Shown here: piece by piece, positions 1 to 9,779 of the stretch
How the letters are laid out: each line of letters opens with the position of its first letter
Position numbering within the stretch: the stretch's first letter is position 1
Assembly (NCBI GenBank): GCA_041747675.1
Contig: JBGTES010000024.1
Location: forward strand, 8,426 to 72,425
DNA length: 64,000 nt
Direction: 5' to 3'
From: Flavobacteriales bacterium
Lineage (GTDB): Bacteria; Bacteroidota; Bacteroidia; Flavobacteriales_F; PHOS-HE28
Position numbers and translations under genes: made by a program
Notes under the pieces: model-generated
Databases searched by the model: none
Told to the model about the DNA's origin: nothing
Seen by the model: only the letters and a program-made list of their open reading frames with translations

Positions 1-671
1 CCCAGGGCAAGTGCCTGACCGAGTGCGGTGCATGCCTGTTCAAGTTCACCCATGCGCAGCAATACGATGCCCAGGTTGGCATGGGCCTGGTCCAACTTGG
101 GGTCCATGGCAATGGCGGCTTCAAGGTCGGCACGGGCCTGGCCATCGTTCCCCTGGGCGGCATGCGTGATGCCCCGGTTACAGCGGGCCATGGCATGCTT
201 TGGTGACTGACGCACCAGACGGTCGTAGTGGCCATGGGCAGCGGGTACATCGCCGCGCAACATGGCGTAGTGGCCCAATTGCAGCAGGGCATGTTCTGCG
301 GCGGGTCCTTCCGCATGGAAGCGCAGCAGGAGTTCCAGATCGTGTTCGGCCGCACGGAGTTCGCCCAACTGGGCGTGGGCCTCAGAGCGCCGCAGGTAGG
401 CATGGGCATGTCCGGGCTCTAGCCTCAGCAGGTGGTCCAGGTCGTGTTTCGCACCGGTGGCATTGCCCACTGCCAGACGATTCACGGCGCGGTAGTACCA
501 TGCGCGGGCATCGGCCGGGTCGCGGTCCACAGCAGCCGAGAATTCGCGCTCGGCACGGCCGTGGTCATCCTGGCGCAGGGCACTGAGGCCCGCGAGCATC
601 TCCTCGCCGTTGGCCTGGGCAAAGCTGGAGGAAACGAACAGCAGATAGGGGAGAAGGGCTATCGTTCTCAT
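1..671 (-). CDS. TPR-repeat protein with N-terminal signal peptide; partial, 3-prime end beyond window edge
   Basis: Minus-strand frame is open from ATG (cat at 669-671) to position 1. Translation begins MRTIALLPYLLFVSSSFAQA (signal-like) and continues with repeated A-x-x-(Y/L)-x-x-G/A helical motifs typical of TPR. It is absent from the ORF track because no stop lies in the window. Confidence 0.55.
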   Translation of the reverse strand, partial: MRTIALLPYLLFVSSSFAQANGEEMLAGLSALRQDDHGRAEREFSAAVDRDPADARAWYYRAVNRLAVGNATGAKHDLDHLLRLEPGHAHAYLRRSEAHAQLGELRAAEHDLELLLRFHAEGPAAEHALLQLGHYAMLRGDVPAAHGHYDRLVRQSPKHAMARCNRGITHAAQGNDGQARADLEAAIAMDPKLDQAHANLGIVLLRMGELEQACTALGQALAL

Positions 672-793
672 GGCGGGCGTGATACGTCCGAAGCACTGGA
701 AAGTTCCCGATCCATGGTTGAAAAAGCCTTGGAGACCGCTGTGATCCGGGGTGGGAGGGACCACTACTTTTCGCCATCCTAACAACCATCCAC

Positions 794-1192
794 ATGCTTT
801 TGCGAAGCGATCCCATCAATGCCGATCTGGGCAGCCTGATCTTGCGCCTCGGGGCGGGCGGCGCCATGTTGATCGGGCACGGCTGGCCCAAACTGGCGGA
901 CTTCAGCGATCGCATGGGGTCCTTCGCCGATCCACTGGGCATGGGTCCCACTGTTTCGTTCATTCTCATCGTCTTCGCCGAAGTGGTATGTGCCCTGTTG
1001 GTGATGTTGGGACTGTGGACACGCCTGGCGGTGATCCCCCTGATCATTGGCATGTCCGTGATCGTCTTCATCCATCTGGGCGATGAAGCCTTCGGAAAGA
1101 AGGAACTTGCCTTGATCTACCTGGTCGCATTCATCACACTGTTCTTCACCGGCAGTGGCCGCTATTCGGTGGACCGTCTGTCGTTCCGTTGA
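794..1192 (+). CDS. DoxX family membrane protein
   Basis: 132 aa, 4 hydrophobic segments. The motif GHGWPKL...SFILIVFAEVVCALLVMLGLWTRLA is characteristic of DoxX. Confidence 0.75.
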   Translation: MLLRSDPINADLGSLILRLGAGGAMLIGHGWPKLADFSDRMGSFADPLGMGPTVSFILIVFAEVVCALLVMLGLWTRLAVIPLIIGMSVIVFIHLGDEAFGKKELALIYLVAFITLFFTGSGRYSVDRLSFR

Positions 1193-1338
1193 TCGATAGC
1201 AGGAGCATGTTCTCCATCCGCATGACGTAAGGTCCATGGCTTCGATCCGGCCTGGTGCATGATCATCCGACCAGACATGGGCACTGGTTTGCAGCCTCCT
1301 GTTCAACACTGTTCCTTTGGGGCGTTCAATCCGCTACC

Positions 1339-2859
1339 ATGAGCGATATCGACCGCTTCACGAACATCATGCGGGAAGGCCACGCCTTCAAAGGAGAAAG
1401 CATCATCCTTGGCGGTGCGATGCTTGATGGCCAGGTGCCGGAAGGAGCTTTGGTGAAGGTGCCGCTGCGCACCATGAACCGCCACGGTCTCATCTGTGGG
1501 GCCACCGGAAGTGGCAAGACCAAGACTTTGCAGATCCTCACTGAGCAACTCTCCCTGGCCGGTGTGCCCGTGCTCCTCATGGACATCAAGGGCGACTTGA
1601 GCGGACTGGCCGCACCCGGGGTGGAGAACGATTTCATCCGGCGACGACACGGCGTGATGGGCGTTCCATACGTGCCAGCACCCATTCCCGTGGAACTGCT
1701 GAGCCTGAGCGATGAGCCGGGCGCACGGCTCCGGGCCACCGCCAGTGAGTTCGGGCCCGTGTTGCTGAGCCGTATCCTGGAGTTGAATGACACCCAGGCC
1801 AGCATTCTTTCCCTCGTGTTCAAGTATTGCGATGACAATGGCCTGCCGCTGGTCGATACACAGGACTTGCGCAGGGTGCTTCAATACGTGACCAACGAAG
1901 GCCGGGAGAAGATCCAGCGCACCTATGGACAGGTGAGCAGCGCCTCGGTGAACACCATTCTCCGCAAGATCATCGAGGTGGAACAACAGGGTGCCGACCG
2001 CTTCTTCGGGGAGCCCTCCTTCGATGTGCAGGACCTGCTCACCTTGCGCGAGGGCAAAGGGGTGGCCCATATCGTGCGCCTCACCGACATCCAGGACAGG
2101 CCCAGGCTGTTCTCCACATTCATGCTTTGCCTGTTGGCGGAGATCTACAGCACCTTCCCCGAAGTGGGCGACCCCGAGAAGCCGCGTCTGGTGCTTTTCA
2201 TCGACGAGGCACACCTGATCTTCAGCACCGCCACCAAGCCCTTATTGGAGCAGATGGAGACGATCATCAAGCTCATCCGATCGAAGGGGGTGGGGGTGTA
2301 CTTCTGCACACAGGATCCTTCGGATGTGCCGGAACGGATCCTGGGGCAGTTGGGACTGAAGGTGCAGCACGCTCTACGCGCCTTCACTGCGAAGGACAGG
2401 ACGACGATCCGCAAGACAGCGCAGAATTATCCGCTCACGGACTTCTATGACACCGAGGCATTGATCACCTCACTGGGCATCGGTGATGCGCTCGTCACAG
2501 CGCTTAGCGAAAAGGGCACGCCGACCCCCCTGGCCCATACCATGCTGCGGGCACCGAGCACCCGTATGGATGTGTTGAGCCCCCTGGAGATCGATGGTTT
2601 GGTGTCCCGATCACAATTGATGGCGAAATATGACCGTGTGATTGACGGGGAAAGCGCACACGAGATCCTGGAACGCCGGATGGAGGATACCCGGAATACA
2701 CCGGTCCCTGAGGCGCCAAAGCCGAAGACTCCCACTTCGCGTCGCAGTTCTTCCGGGGAGATCATGCAGCGGCAGGTGGCGAACACGGTGGTGCGAGAGC
2801 TTACCCGTGGTCTGATGGGGGTGCTGGGACTGCGCAATACGCGCGGAAGGCGCCGGTGA
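1339..2859 (+). CDS. DUF853 / HerA-like helicase-type ATPase (YjgR-like)
   Basis: Walker A motif GATGSGKTKT, Walker B LVLFIDEAHLIF, ~500 aa as expected for the DUF853 family. Track ORF starts at a GTG at 1255; ATG 1339 (MSDIDRF...) is preferred. Confidence 0.8.
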   Translation: MSDIDRFTNIMREGHAFKGESIILGGAMLDGQVPEGALVKVPLRTMNRHGLICGATGSGKTKTLQILTEQLSLAGVPVLLMDIKGDLSGLAAPGVENDFIRRRHGVMGVPYVPAPIPVELLSLSDEPGARLRATASEFGPVLLSRILELNDTQASILSLVFKYCDDNGLPLVDTQDLRRVLQYVTNEGREKIQRTYGQVSSASVNTILRKIIEVEQQGADRFFGEPSFDVQDLLTLREGKGVAHIVRLTDIQDRPRLFSTFMLCLLAEIYSTFPEVGDPEKPRLVLFIDEAHLIFSTATKPLLEQMETIIKLIRSKGVGVYFCTQDPSDVPERILGQLGLKVQHALRAFTAKDRTTIRKTAQNYPLTDFYDTEALITSLGIGDALVTALSEKGTPTPLAHTMLRAPSTRMDVLSPLEIDGLVSRSQLMAKYDRVIDGESAHEILERRMEDTRNTPVPEAPKPKTPTSRRSSSGEIMQRQVANTVVRELTRGLMGVLGLRNTRGRRR

Positions 2860-2895
2860 GGGCGCCTTCCGAATTCCGTTGTCCTGGCCGGCGTT

Positions 2896-3573
2896 TTAGC
2901 GCCGGTTCATGTAGATCATCACATAGTACAGCAGCGTACCGATGGAGGCCAGTGCCGCGACCAGGTAGGTGCGTGCCGCCCATTTCAAGGCATCGGCGCT
3001 CATGGCGTACTCACCGGTGGTGACCACATTGCGCTGCTTCATCCACGCCAGCGCACGGTTGCTGGCATCGTATTCCACAGGCAGGGTGATGACGCTGAAC
3101 AGCGTGGTGGTGGCGAACAGGATGATGCCGAAGAGTAGCAGCTCCGGGAAGGTATTCATCAGCAGGATACCACCCAGGAGGATCCACTGCATGAAGCGCG
3201 AAGTAACGCTCACCACGGGCACCAGCTTGCTGCGCATCTGCAACCAACTGTAAGCCGTGGCGTGCTGCACCGCGTGGCCACATTCATGGGCGGCCACGGC
3301 GGCCGCGGCCGCGTTGCGTGCATGGTACACGGGCTCGCTCAGGTTCACGGTCTTGTTGGCCGGGTTGTAGTGGTCGGTCAGCTGGCCCGGAACGCTGATC
3401 ACCTTCACATCGGCGATGCCATGGTCCAGCAACATGCGTTCGGCCACCTCCTTGCCGCTCATGTTGCTCTGCAGCGGGGTGCGTGAATACTTCTCGAAAC
3501 GGTTCTTCAAGCGCTGGCCTACCATCCAACTGACCAGCATCATCACGATACCGATCAGGTAGGCGCCCATCAT
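2896..3573 (-). CDS. membrane zinc metallopeptidase (Zn_peptidase_2 family)
   Basis: HECGHAVQH zinc-binding motif, an N-terminal TM segment and a C-terminal TM cluster. Track ORF extends to 3696; the internal ATG at 3573/3570 (MMGAYLIGIV...) fits family N-termini better. Confidence 0.75.
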   Translation of the reverse strand: MMGAYLIGIVMMLVSWMVGQRLKNRFEKYSRTPLQSNMSGKEVAERMLLDHGIADVKVISVPGQLTDHYNPANKTVNLSEPVYHARNAAAAAVAAHECGHAVQHATAYSWLQMRSKLVPVVSVTSRFMQWILLGGILLMNTFPELLLFGIILFATTTLFSVITLPVEYDASNRALAWMKQRNVVTTGEYAMSADALKWAARTYLVAALASIGTLLYYVMIYMNRR

Positions 3574-3708
3574 TGGATTTCCTTCCATTTCCCTGGTGTT
3601 TGTTGTTGCGTGCCTTGCCCCGTCAAAGCTAAGGCCAGCCAGTACGATCCAGCCAAAAAGACAGCGGGAGACCGAAGCCTCCCGCCGTCTCAGCACATGG
3701 TGTCAGTG

Positions 3709-4287
3709 TCATTCGTCCTGGGCGGCATCGGCCTTCTCGATCTCCTTATCCAGGATCTCATCGATGGCCTTCATGGTCAGTTCATCGATCTTGGCATCGG
3801 CCCGGGCCTGCTTCTTCATGAATCGGAGCATGGCATTCTTGCGGATCTCATAGGCCACGTACACGGTGTACTCCTTGGTGGCATCGTTGAAGTAGGTCTC
3901 CTCGCCGATCTTGCGCATGTCGGCCAGTTCGGTGTTCAACACCTCGCGCACCAGGCTTTGGAACTTATCGGCTACGTCGCGGGCGCGCTCATTCTCGGTC
4001 TGGCCAAGGTATTGGTCCGTCACCGCGCGCATGTTGGTGCCCACCTGGCTGGCCATCTGGCTGCGTGCCTCGCTGTCGGCCTTGCCACGTGCGATGTTCT
4101 GCTTGCTGCTCGCACCCATCCCGGTGCCACGGAACCAGGCATTATTGCTCATGTACTTGTTCCCGGTGAAGGGTTGCTTCACCTTGGTCCCGGCCGGGCC
4201 TGAGCTGCTCTTACAGGCAGGCAATGCAAGAGCGGTGAGCAGGACCATCAGCAGGGCGATGGGCAGGGTGGAGGGGATGCTTCGCAT
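3709..4287 (-). CDS. hypothetical lipoprotein with coiled-coil C-terminus
   Basis: Internal ATG at 4287 gives MRSIPSTLPIALLMVLLTALALPAC (signal + lipobox LPAC). The remainder is charged and helical. No family recognised. Confidence 0.55.
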   Translation of the reverse strand: MRSIPSTLPIALLMVLLTALALPACKSSSGPAGTKVKQPFTGNKYMSNNAWFRGTGMGASSKQNIARGKADSEARSQMASQVGTNMRAVTDQYLGQTENERARDVADKFQSLVREVLNTELADMRKIGEETYFNDATKEYTVYVAYEIRKNAMLRFMKKQARADAKIDELTMKAIDEILDKEIEKADAAQDE

Positions 4288-4425
4288 GGGTGGGTATGCT
4301 TGGTTGTGCCGCGGCCTTGGAAAAGTTCGTGCCAAGGTTGGAAGCGGAAAGTTCCGCTTTTTCCGGCCTGGGCCGTCGACAATGGCCAGCAGTTCGCATC
4401 TTTCGCATCCAATGCCCAACCCGCC

Positions 4426-5469
4426 ATGCGTGCCCTGAAGACCATCCTCATCATCCTGCTCTCCGTGGTCGTTCTTATCCTGATCCTGGGTTACCTCGTG
4501 GGGCCGCGTGTCACGGTAGTGGAGCGCTCCACACACATTGATGCGGATCCCGACATACTGTGGCCCAAGGTGAGCGACCTACGCGCCATGTTCGACTGGA
4601 GCCCGTGGAAGGATATGGAGAAAGGCCAGCGCAGCACCTGGGAAGGCGAGGACGGCGCTGTGGGGTCCATCCATAAATGGGAGGGCGACACCGTGGGCGT
4701 GGGCACCCAGGAGATCACCGCTTTGGAACCGAAGCGACGTGCCGAAATGGAATTACGCTTCATCAAGCCATGGGAGGCGGTCAGCAAGGTGGAATTGGAA
4801 CTAGGACCGAACGAGGAAGGCACTGAGGTCACCTGGCGCATGACCCAGGAGAATGGATTCATGGGCCGGCTGATGGGGGTGTTCATGGACATGGACAAGA
4901 TGGTCGGGCCTGACTTTGAGCGGGGTCTGGAGAAACTGAAGACTGTTGCGGAAGCGGAACAGACCGAACGGGAGGCGGAGCTCAACGCGAAGACCTTCCG
5001 CGGCTACACCATCGAGACGGTGGACATCCCGGAGAAGGTCTATATCGGCAAGCGTGCCATGGTCAAATGGAGCGACATGCAACGCCATTTCGGTGAAACC
5101 ATTGCCGCTGCCGGCTCGGCCATCGGTATGGCCCAATTGGAAATGACAGGCTCGCCCACCAACGTGTATTTCCTGTGGGATACGAAGAACCAGCGTACGG
5201 ACTTTATGCCCGCATTCCCTGTGAATGCCCCGGCAACGGTGAAGTTGTCCGGCCTCCACACCCATGTAGTGCCCGCTTCCAAAGCTTTGGAGCTACAGGT
5301 GACCGGGGGCTATGGCCAGTTGGGCGAAGCGCACACTGCCATCGATGAAATGCTCACCGCCCGGGAACTGACGCACTTCGGTAATGTGATCGAGGAATAC
5401 CTGGTGGCGGCCCCTGCGGAACCCGACAGCAACAAGTGGGTCACCGTGATCCACTACCAGATCCGGTGA
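4426..5469 (+). CDS. SRPBCC (polyketide cyclase/START-like) domain fused to a GyrI-like small-molecule-binding domain
   Basis: ATG 4426 gives MRALKTILIILLSVVVL (TM/signal). The N-terminal half has SRPBCC-like beta/alpha signatures; the C-terminal half (KTFRGYTIETVDIPEKVYIGKRAMV...) is GyrI-like. Confidence 0.6.
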   Translation: MRALKTILIILLSVVVLILILGYLVGPRVTVVERSTHIDADPDILWPKVSDLRAMFDWSPWKDMEKGQRSTWEGEDGAVGSIHKWEGDTVGVGTQEITALEPKRRAEMELRFIKPWEAVSKVELELGPNEEGTEVTWRMTQENGFMGRLMGVFMDMDKMVGPDFERGLEKLKTVAEAEQTEREAELNAKTFRGYTIETVDIPEKVYIGKRAMVKWSDMQRHFGETIAAAGSAIGMAQLEMTGSPTNVYFLWDTKNQRTDFMPAFPVNAPATVKLSGLHTHVVPASKALELQVTGGYGQLGEAHTAIDEMLTARELTHFGNVIEEYLVAAPAEPDSNKWVTVIHYQIR

Positions 5470-5499
5470 GCATTCCAAGCGGTGCGATGGTCTGATACG

Positions 5500-6549
5500 A
5501 TGCACATCCAGCTGGGCATCGCTCGTCACCGCCTGCTGTTCAAACGGCCTTTCGGTACCGCACATGGCCTGCGAGATGGCACGGATGCCGTGTTCCTTCG
5601 TTCGCGTTGGGAAGGACATACAGGCTATGGTGAAGCCACGCTGCCACCCTACATCGGGGTATCACGTGATACTGTCATTGAGCAACTATCACAGCCTGAC
5701 ATTGAGGCGACTGTGTCATCCTGGTTGCGTTCATTTCCCAAGCCTTTGGCAGACCTTGGTCCAATGTTGTCCGCGCCTGCACGCGCAGCGTTGGTGATGG
5801 CTGTTCATGATCTTCTGGCCAGACGTTCTGGTATCGCCGTATCCCAATTGTTGGGTGCGGACACGATGCATCGGCCCCCGGCAATGGCTACGATCGGTAT
5901 CGGCCCCGTGGAGGAGATCCCAGCCAGGTTGGCAGAAATGCCTGCGGCCCAGGTGCTGAAGGTGAAACTTGGCGGTGACCAGGATCGTGAGACATTACGT
6001 CTGATCGCCGGGCTGGACTCCCGACCGTTGTTCCTGGATGCCAACCAGGGCTGGAACAGCGTCGCGCAGGCCATGATGGTGCTCGGTGAGATCCCCAGGC
6101 ACCGGATTCTGGGCTTGGAGCAGCCTTTCCCGAAGGACCGGCCTGAGCTGGCGGACGAACTTGCACGGGCATCCGGGCTGGTGATCTACGCTGATGAGAG
6201 CATGCAGGATGAGCGTGAGTTGATCCGCAAGGCCCGGAACTTCGGCGGGGTGAATATCAAACTGATGAAGTGTGGCGGGCTGGATCGGGCCATGGACATG
6301 ATCGCCTGCGCACGCGCACATGGACTACAGGTGATGCTCGGTTGCATGAGCGAAAGTTCCCTCGGATGTGCGGCAATGGCCCAACTTCAGGGCCTTGCTG
6401 ATCTGGTGGATCTGGACGGTCCGTGGCTGCTGGCGAATGATCCGTTCCAGGGTTTGACCATGGATCGGGATGGGCTGCATATCGAAGGTTCACTGGGGCA
6501 CGGTGTGGACCTGGTTCGGGGTCTGAGTTTCGGCCCTATTGGCGCATAA
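5500..6549 (+). CDS. dipeptide epimerase (enolase superfamily; L-Ala-D/L-Glu epimerase-like)
   Basis: KVKLG...D.NQGW...DESM...KLMKCGG metal/catalytic motif pattern of mandelate racemase / muconate lactonizing enzyme family dipeptide epimerases. Confidence 0.75.
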   Translation: MHIQLGIARHRLLFKRPFGTAHGLRDGTDAVFLRSRWEGHTGYGEATLPPYIGVSRDTVIEQLSQPDIEATVSSWLRSFPKPLADLGPMLSAPARAALVMAVHDLLARRSGIAVSQLLGADTMHRPPAMATIGIGPVEEIPARLAEMPAAQVLKVKLGGDQDRETLRLIAGLDSRPLFLDANQGWNSVAQAMMVLGEIPRHRILGLEQPFPKDRPELADELARASGLVIYADESMQDERELIRKARNFGGVNIKLMKCGGLDRAMDMIACARAHGLQVMLGCMSESSLGCAAMAQLQGLADLVDLDGPWLLANDPFQGLTMDRDGLHIEGSLGHGVDLVRGLSFGPIGA

Positions 6550-6609
6550 TTTATATTATGTTAAGTTGCATTCGTCTGTGAACCAATGTTCTCTAACTCC
6601 ACATGCCTC

Positions 6610-8805
6610 TCACTGGATGATGAACCGCTTGTACACGGTCCGGTCCTTCCCCACCAACTCCAGCAGGTAGGTACCCGACTTCAAGCCGGCCAGATGGATC
6701 GTGCTCTGACCACCTTCCGCGCTGATCCCTTGCTCCAAGGCCAAGGCCCCACGGAGATCGAATGCCCGGATACGTTCAACCGCGATACCAGCGACCTGGA
6801 TCTGTCCACTTGCCGGATTGGGATAAATGACGACGTCATCTGGTTCCATGGCGATCTCCGGCGTGCTGGTAATGCCGATCGAAGCAAGCACGGCAGCCAG
6901 CGCATCCACCTTGCCCCAACCCCAGTCGAGACTTCCCCCTGGGCCGATCTCGCCGGTGAGCGCGTCCAAGCGGGCGGTCTCACGGATGATCATCTTCGCC
7001 TGCTCCGCATCCAGTGTAGGATTCGCCTGCAGCATCAGCGCCACCACCCCAGCAACAGCCGGTGCTGACATGGAGGTCCCGGAATAGGTGGCGAATGGAT
7101 ACTGCGTGCCATTGAACTCCACGGTCTGCGGCGGGTTGTTGTTCGTGGGATCGAAGGAGTTCACGCTGGAACGCACCGACTGACCCGGCCCACTGATATC
7201 CGGCTTCATCCGGCCATCCACCGTGGGTCCCCGGCTGCTGAAGGAGGAACGCCCACCGAAGATCATCTGGCCGCTTTGGTTGAACTGTTCTGCCCGGTGC
7301 GATCCCACCGTGATCACGCTGTTCCCAACCCCGGCCGGTTCACCGGCCGCATAGAAATTATCTCCCCCCACAGCGCCTGGGTAGCTGTTCGCAAAGGCCA
7401 CGCCCCAGTTGGTGAAACGGTTGTCCAAACGCTGAACATTCCACAGGTGCATATCACCCGATGCGCTGGTGGCCCGTAGTACAACTTTGAGGTCACCGGT
7501 ACGCCGTACTTCCAGGATCATATTGGGTTTCCCATTGAGCATCGAGGCCGCCTCCCCGGTGATGCGCATGATCACCGTGTCGCCTGGTGCGATCACCAGG
7601 GTGTCCACCACCGAAGGATCGGACACTGTGTGGTGGAAGTCGGTATCCAGCAGGGTGTTGTTGGCGGGGTCGGTGATGCGCAGGCCGATCCCAAAGGGTG
7701 CGCCCGGGGTGCCCCAGATCGCCACCCCCTGTCCCCAGTATCCCGTGCCAGGGTTGGCGAAATTCACCACAGTGCTCATTGAATCATCAGGCGTGGTGAA
7801 ACTGTGCAGCAGGTGGAAGTTCCCCGTGCCATTGTTGCCGGCCGAGCCTACGAAAACCCGGCCCACTCCCGCCATCTGGTCCATGGCCTGGTTGTGCAGC
7901 GAGGTACCATCGTGTGGCCCCTGGTGGCTCCCAAAGCTCATGTTCACCACGAAGGGTTTCCCGACGCTTTCCGCATGGTCACGGATCCAGGTGATGGCAT
8001 CGATGAAGGATGCCGGATCACGGCGGTATGTGACGAATAGCAGCTCCGCGCCCGGTGCGATGCCGACATGCTCGGTACCCGCACCGTTACCGCCTGCGAT
8101 CCCTGCCACATGCGTGCCGTGCGAGATCGGCCCGAAGACATAGAGCGTATCCGCCCCGGCTGCGGTCAGTTCATCGATACCCACGTACTCGGCGCCATAG
8201 TCGTAACCGGAAGGCGGTGGGCCTGAGGTCTTGTTCTGGTCCCAGGCCTTGGCGATACGCACATTCGCCATATCGGCACTGCGGAAGACCGGATGGGTGT
8301 AGTCAAAGCCCCAGTCGATCACACCGATCACCACACCCTCTCCATCATAGGCCATTGGCAGTCCGCCTAGTCCGGCTTGCACGCTGTCAGCGCGGGTGTC
8401 GGGCCGGGCATGTTCCAGATCCAATGAGACGGCAGGCCCCATGGATAGCATACGCACACCGGGCAGTGCGGCGATCTCCTGCATCCGCTCCAGCGGGAAA
8501 CTGAGGGTGGCCATTCCATCCAGGCGGCTGTTGATCCGTGCATCCAGCCCGGCAAGTTCCCCATCACTGAATACTTCCTCATCCACCAGCGCCACGGCCC
8601 GGGCGACCCACGCCCCATTGCGGTGTTCCAGACCGTATTCGTCGGCCAGCCGTGCCCATGCCTTGGCGTCATCGCGCACCTGGGCGGCGGCAAGATCCCG
8701 CTGTAACATGCGTGCCCCGGGATCCAGTCGCCCCTGCGCGAGAGCGGGAGCGGTATTGGCGAGCAGCACGATGAAGGTTATCGGGAGCAGGGTTCGAGCG
8801 GTCAT
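6610..8805 (-). CDS. S8 family serine peptidase (subtilisin-like) with C-terminal T9SS sorting domain
   Basis: Signal peptide MTARTLLPITFIVLLANTAPALA. Catalytic D (VIGVIDWGFD), H (HGTHVAGIAGG) and S (GTSMSAPAVAG). Terminal ~80 aa (YPNPASGQIQV...YKRFIIQ) has T9SS type-A sorting-domain character. Confidence 0.9.
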   Translation of the reverse strand: MTARTLLPITFIVLLANTAPALAQGRLDPGARMLQRDLAAAQVRDDAKAWARLADEYGLEHRNGAWVARAVALVDEEVFSDGELAGLDARINSRLDGMATLSFPLERMQEIAALPGVRMLSMGPAVSLDLEHARPDTRADSVQAGLGGLPMAYDGEGVVIGVIDWGFDYTHPVFRSADMANVRIAKAWDQNKTSGPPPSGYDYGAEYVGIDELTAAGADTLYVFGPISHGTHVAGIAGGNGAGTEHVGIAPGAELLFVTYRRDPASFIDAITWIRDHAESVGKPFVVNMSFGSHQGPHDGTSLHNQAMDQMAGVGRVFVGSAGNNGTGNFHLLHSFTTPDDSMSTVVNFANPGTGYWGQGVAIWGTPGAPFGIGLRITDPANNTLLDTDFHHTVSDPSVVDTLVIAPGDTVIMRITGEAASMLNGKPNMILEVRRTGDLKVVLRATSASGDMHLWNVQRLDNRFTNWGVAFANSYPGAVGGDNFYAAGEPAGVGNSVITVGSHRAEQFNQSGQMIFGGRSSFSSRGPTVDGRMKPDISGPGQSVRSSVNSFDPTNNNPPQTVEFNGTQYPFATYSGTSMSAPAVAGVVALMLQANPTLDAEQAKMIIRETARLDALTGEIGPGGSLDWGWGKVDALAAVLASIGITSTPEIAMEPDDVVIYPNPASGQIQVAGIAVERIRAFDLRGALALEQGISAEGGQSTIHLAGLKSGTYLLELVGKDRTVYKRFIIQ

Positions 8806-8840
8806 GGCCGCAAGTTATCCCCCTGCGTTGTTGTGCGGGG

Positions 8841-9767
8841 TTGAATGGTCCTGCTGATGTTGGTGGTCCAACCTTTCCCGGGTCTGGCCCGCTCCTATCT
8901 TCGCCGCCCATTCCCGCACCCTTGAAAAGCCTGCTCCGCCAAGCCTTGCGATGGACCACCCACCATGTGCCCGTGCGTGGCCGACACCGCCTTGCGGATC
9001 GCCTGGGAGCCTGGCTGGCACCGGCCGCACCCACGATGGAATCGATCCACGGCCTTCGTGTGGAACTGGACCACGGACTTCGCTCCCACCGGTTCATATA
9101 CTATGGTCTTTATGAGGAATCCATTCTCAACTATCTGCGGCGGCGTCTGAAGCCGGGCATGGTTGTGCTCGACCCCGGAGCCAACGTGGGTTATCTGGCG
9201 GCGCGCTGCCTGGGCATGGTGATGCCCGGGGGCAAGGTGCATTCCTTCGAACCCTCGCCCACATGCGTGAAGCAACTGCTCCGGGCCAATCCTTCTGGGT
9301 CGGTACCGGGTTGGACACTCTTCACCATGGCGCTTACCGACCACAGTGGACGCATGACCTTCTATGACACGCCCCGTGTATTGCAGAAGGGTTATGCCTG
9401 CCTGGCCGACGTGAATGTGCCCAAGGACGGCATCCCCGGCGAGGTGGAGGTGACCACTGTGGACGCTCATTGCGCGCTTCATGGGATCGACCGCGTGGAT
9501 TTCCTGAAGCTGGACATCGAGGGGTCGGAGCTCCCAGCCTTGCACGGTGCGAAGGAGATGCTCGCTCGGCGGGCCATCTCCACGATCCTGGTGGAGGTGA
9601 AGATGACGGCATCCACGCGGCAGCTTACAGCGGACATCGACCAATTGCTGCGCGCGGCGGGCTTCGCCTCGTACCTACCCAAACGCGATGGCACGCTGGT
9701 ACCCATCGAGGTGATGGAACACCCGCGACTGGATGCCGACATCATCTGGGAGTCGCAGCCAGCTTGA
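8841..9767 (+). CDS. FkbM family SAM-dependent methyltransferase
   Basis: MVVLDPGANVGYLAARC (SAM-binding glycine-rich motif) and DFLKLDIEGSEL, typical of the FkbM family. The true start may be internal. Confidence 0.7.
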   Translation: MNGPADVGGPTFPGSGPLLSSPPIPAPLKSLLRQALRWTTHHVPVRGRHRLADRLGAWLAPAAPTMESIHGLRVELDHGLRSHRFIYYGLYEESILNYLRRRLKPGMVVLDPGANVGYLAARCLGMVMPGGKVHSFEPSPTCVKQLLRANPSGSVPGWTLFTMALTDHSGRMTFYDTPRVLQKGYACLADVNVPKDGIPGEVEVTTVDAHCALHGIDRVDFLKLDIEGSELPALHGAKEMLARRAISTILVEVKMTASTRQLTADIDQLLRAAGFASYLPKRDGTLVPIEVMEHPRLDADIIWESQPA

Positions 9768-9779
9768 TGCGGTCCAGGT

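Noticed and set aside
3610-4203. 197-aa plus-strand ORF
   Set aside because: Antisense to the lipoprotein gene 3709-4287. Leu/Gly/His-rich wrong-frame composition.
8055-8504. 149-aa Arg/Pro/His-rich ORF on the plus strand
   Set aside because: Lies entirely antisense within the well-supported S8 peptidase gene. Its composition is typical of wrong-frame translation of GC-rich coding DNA.
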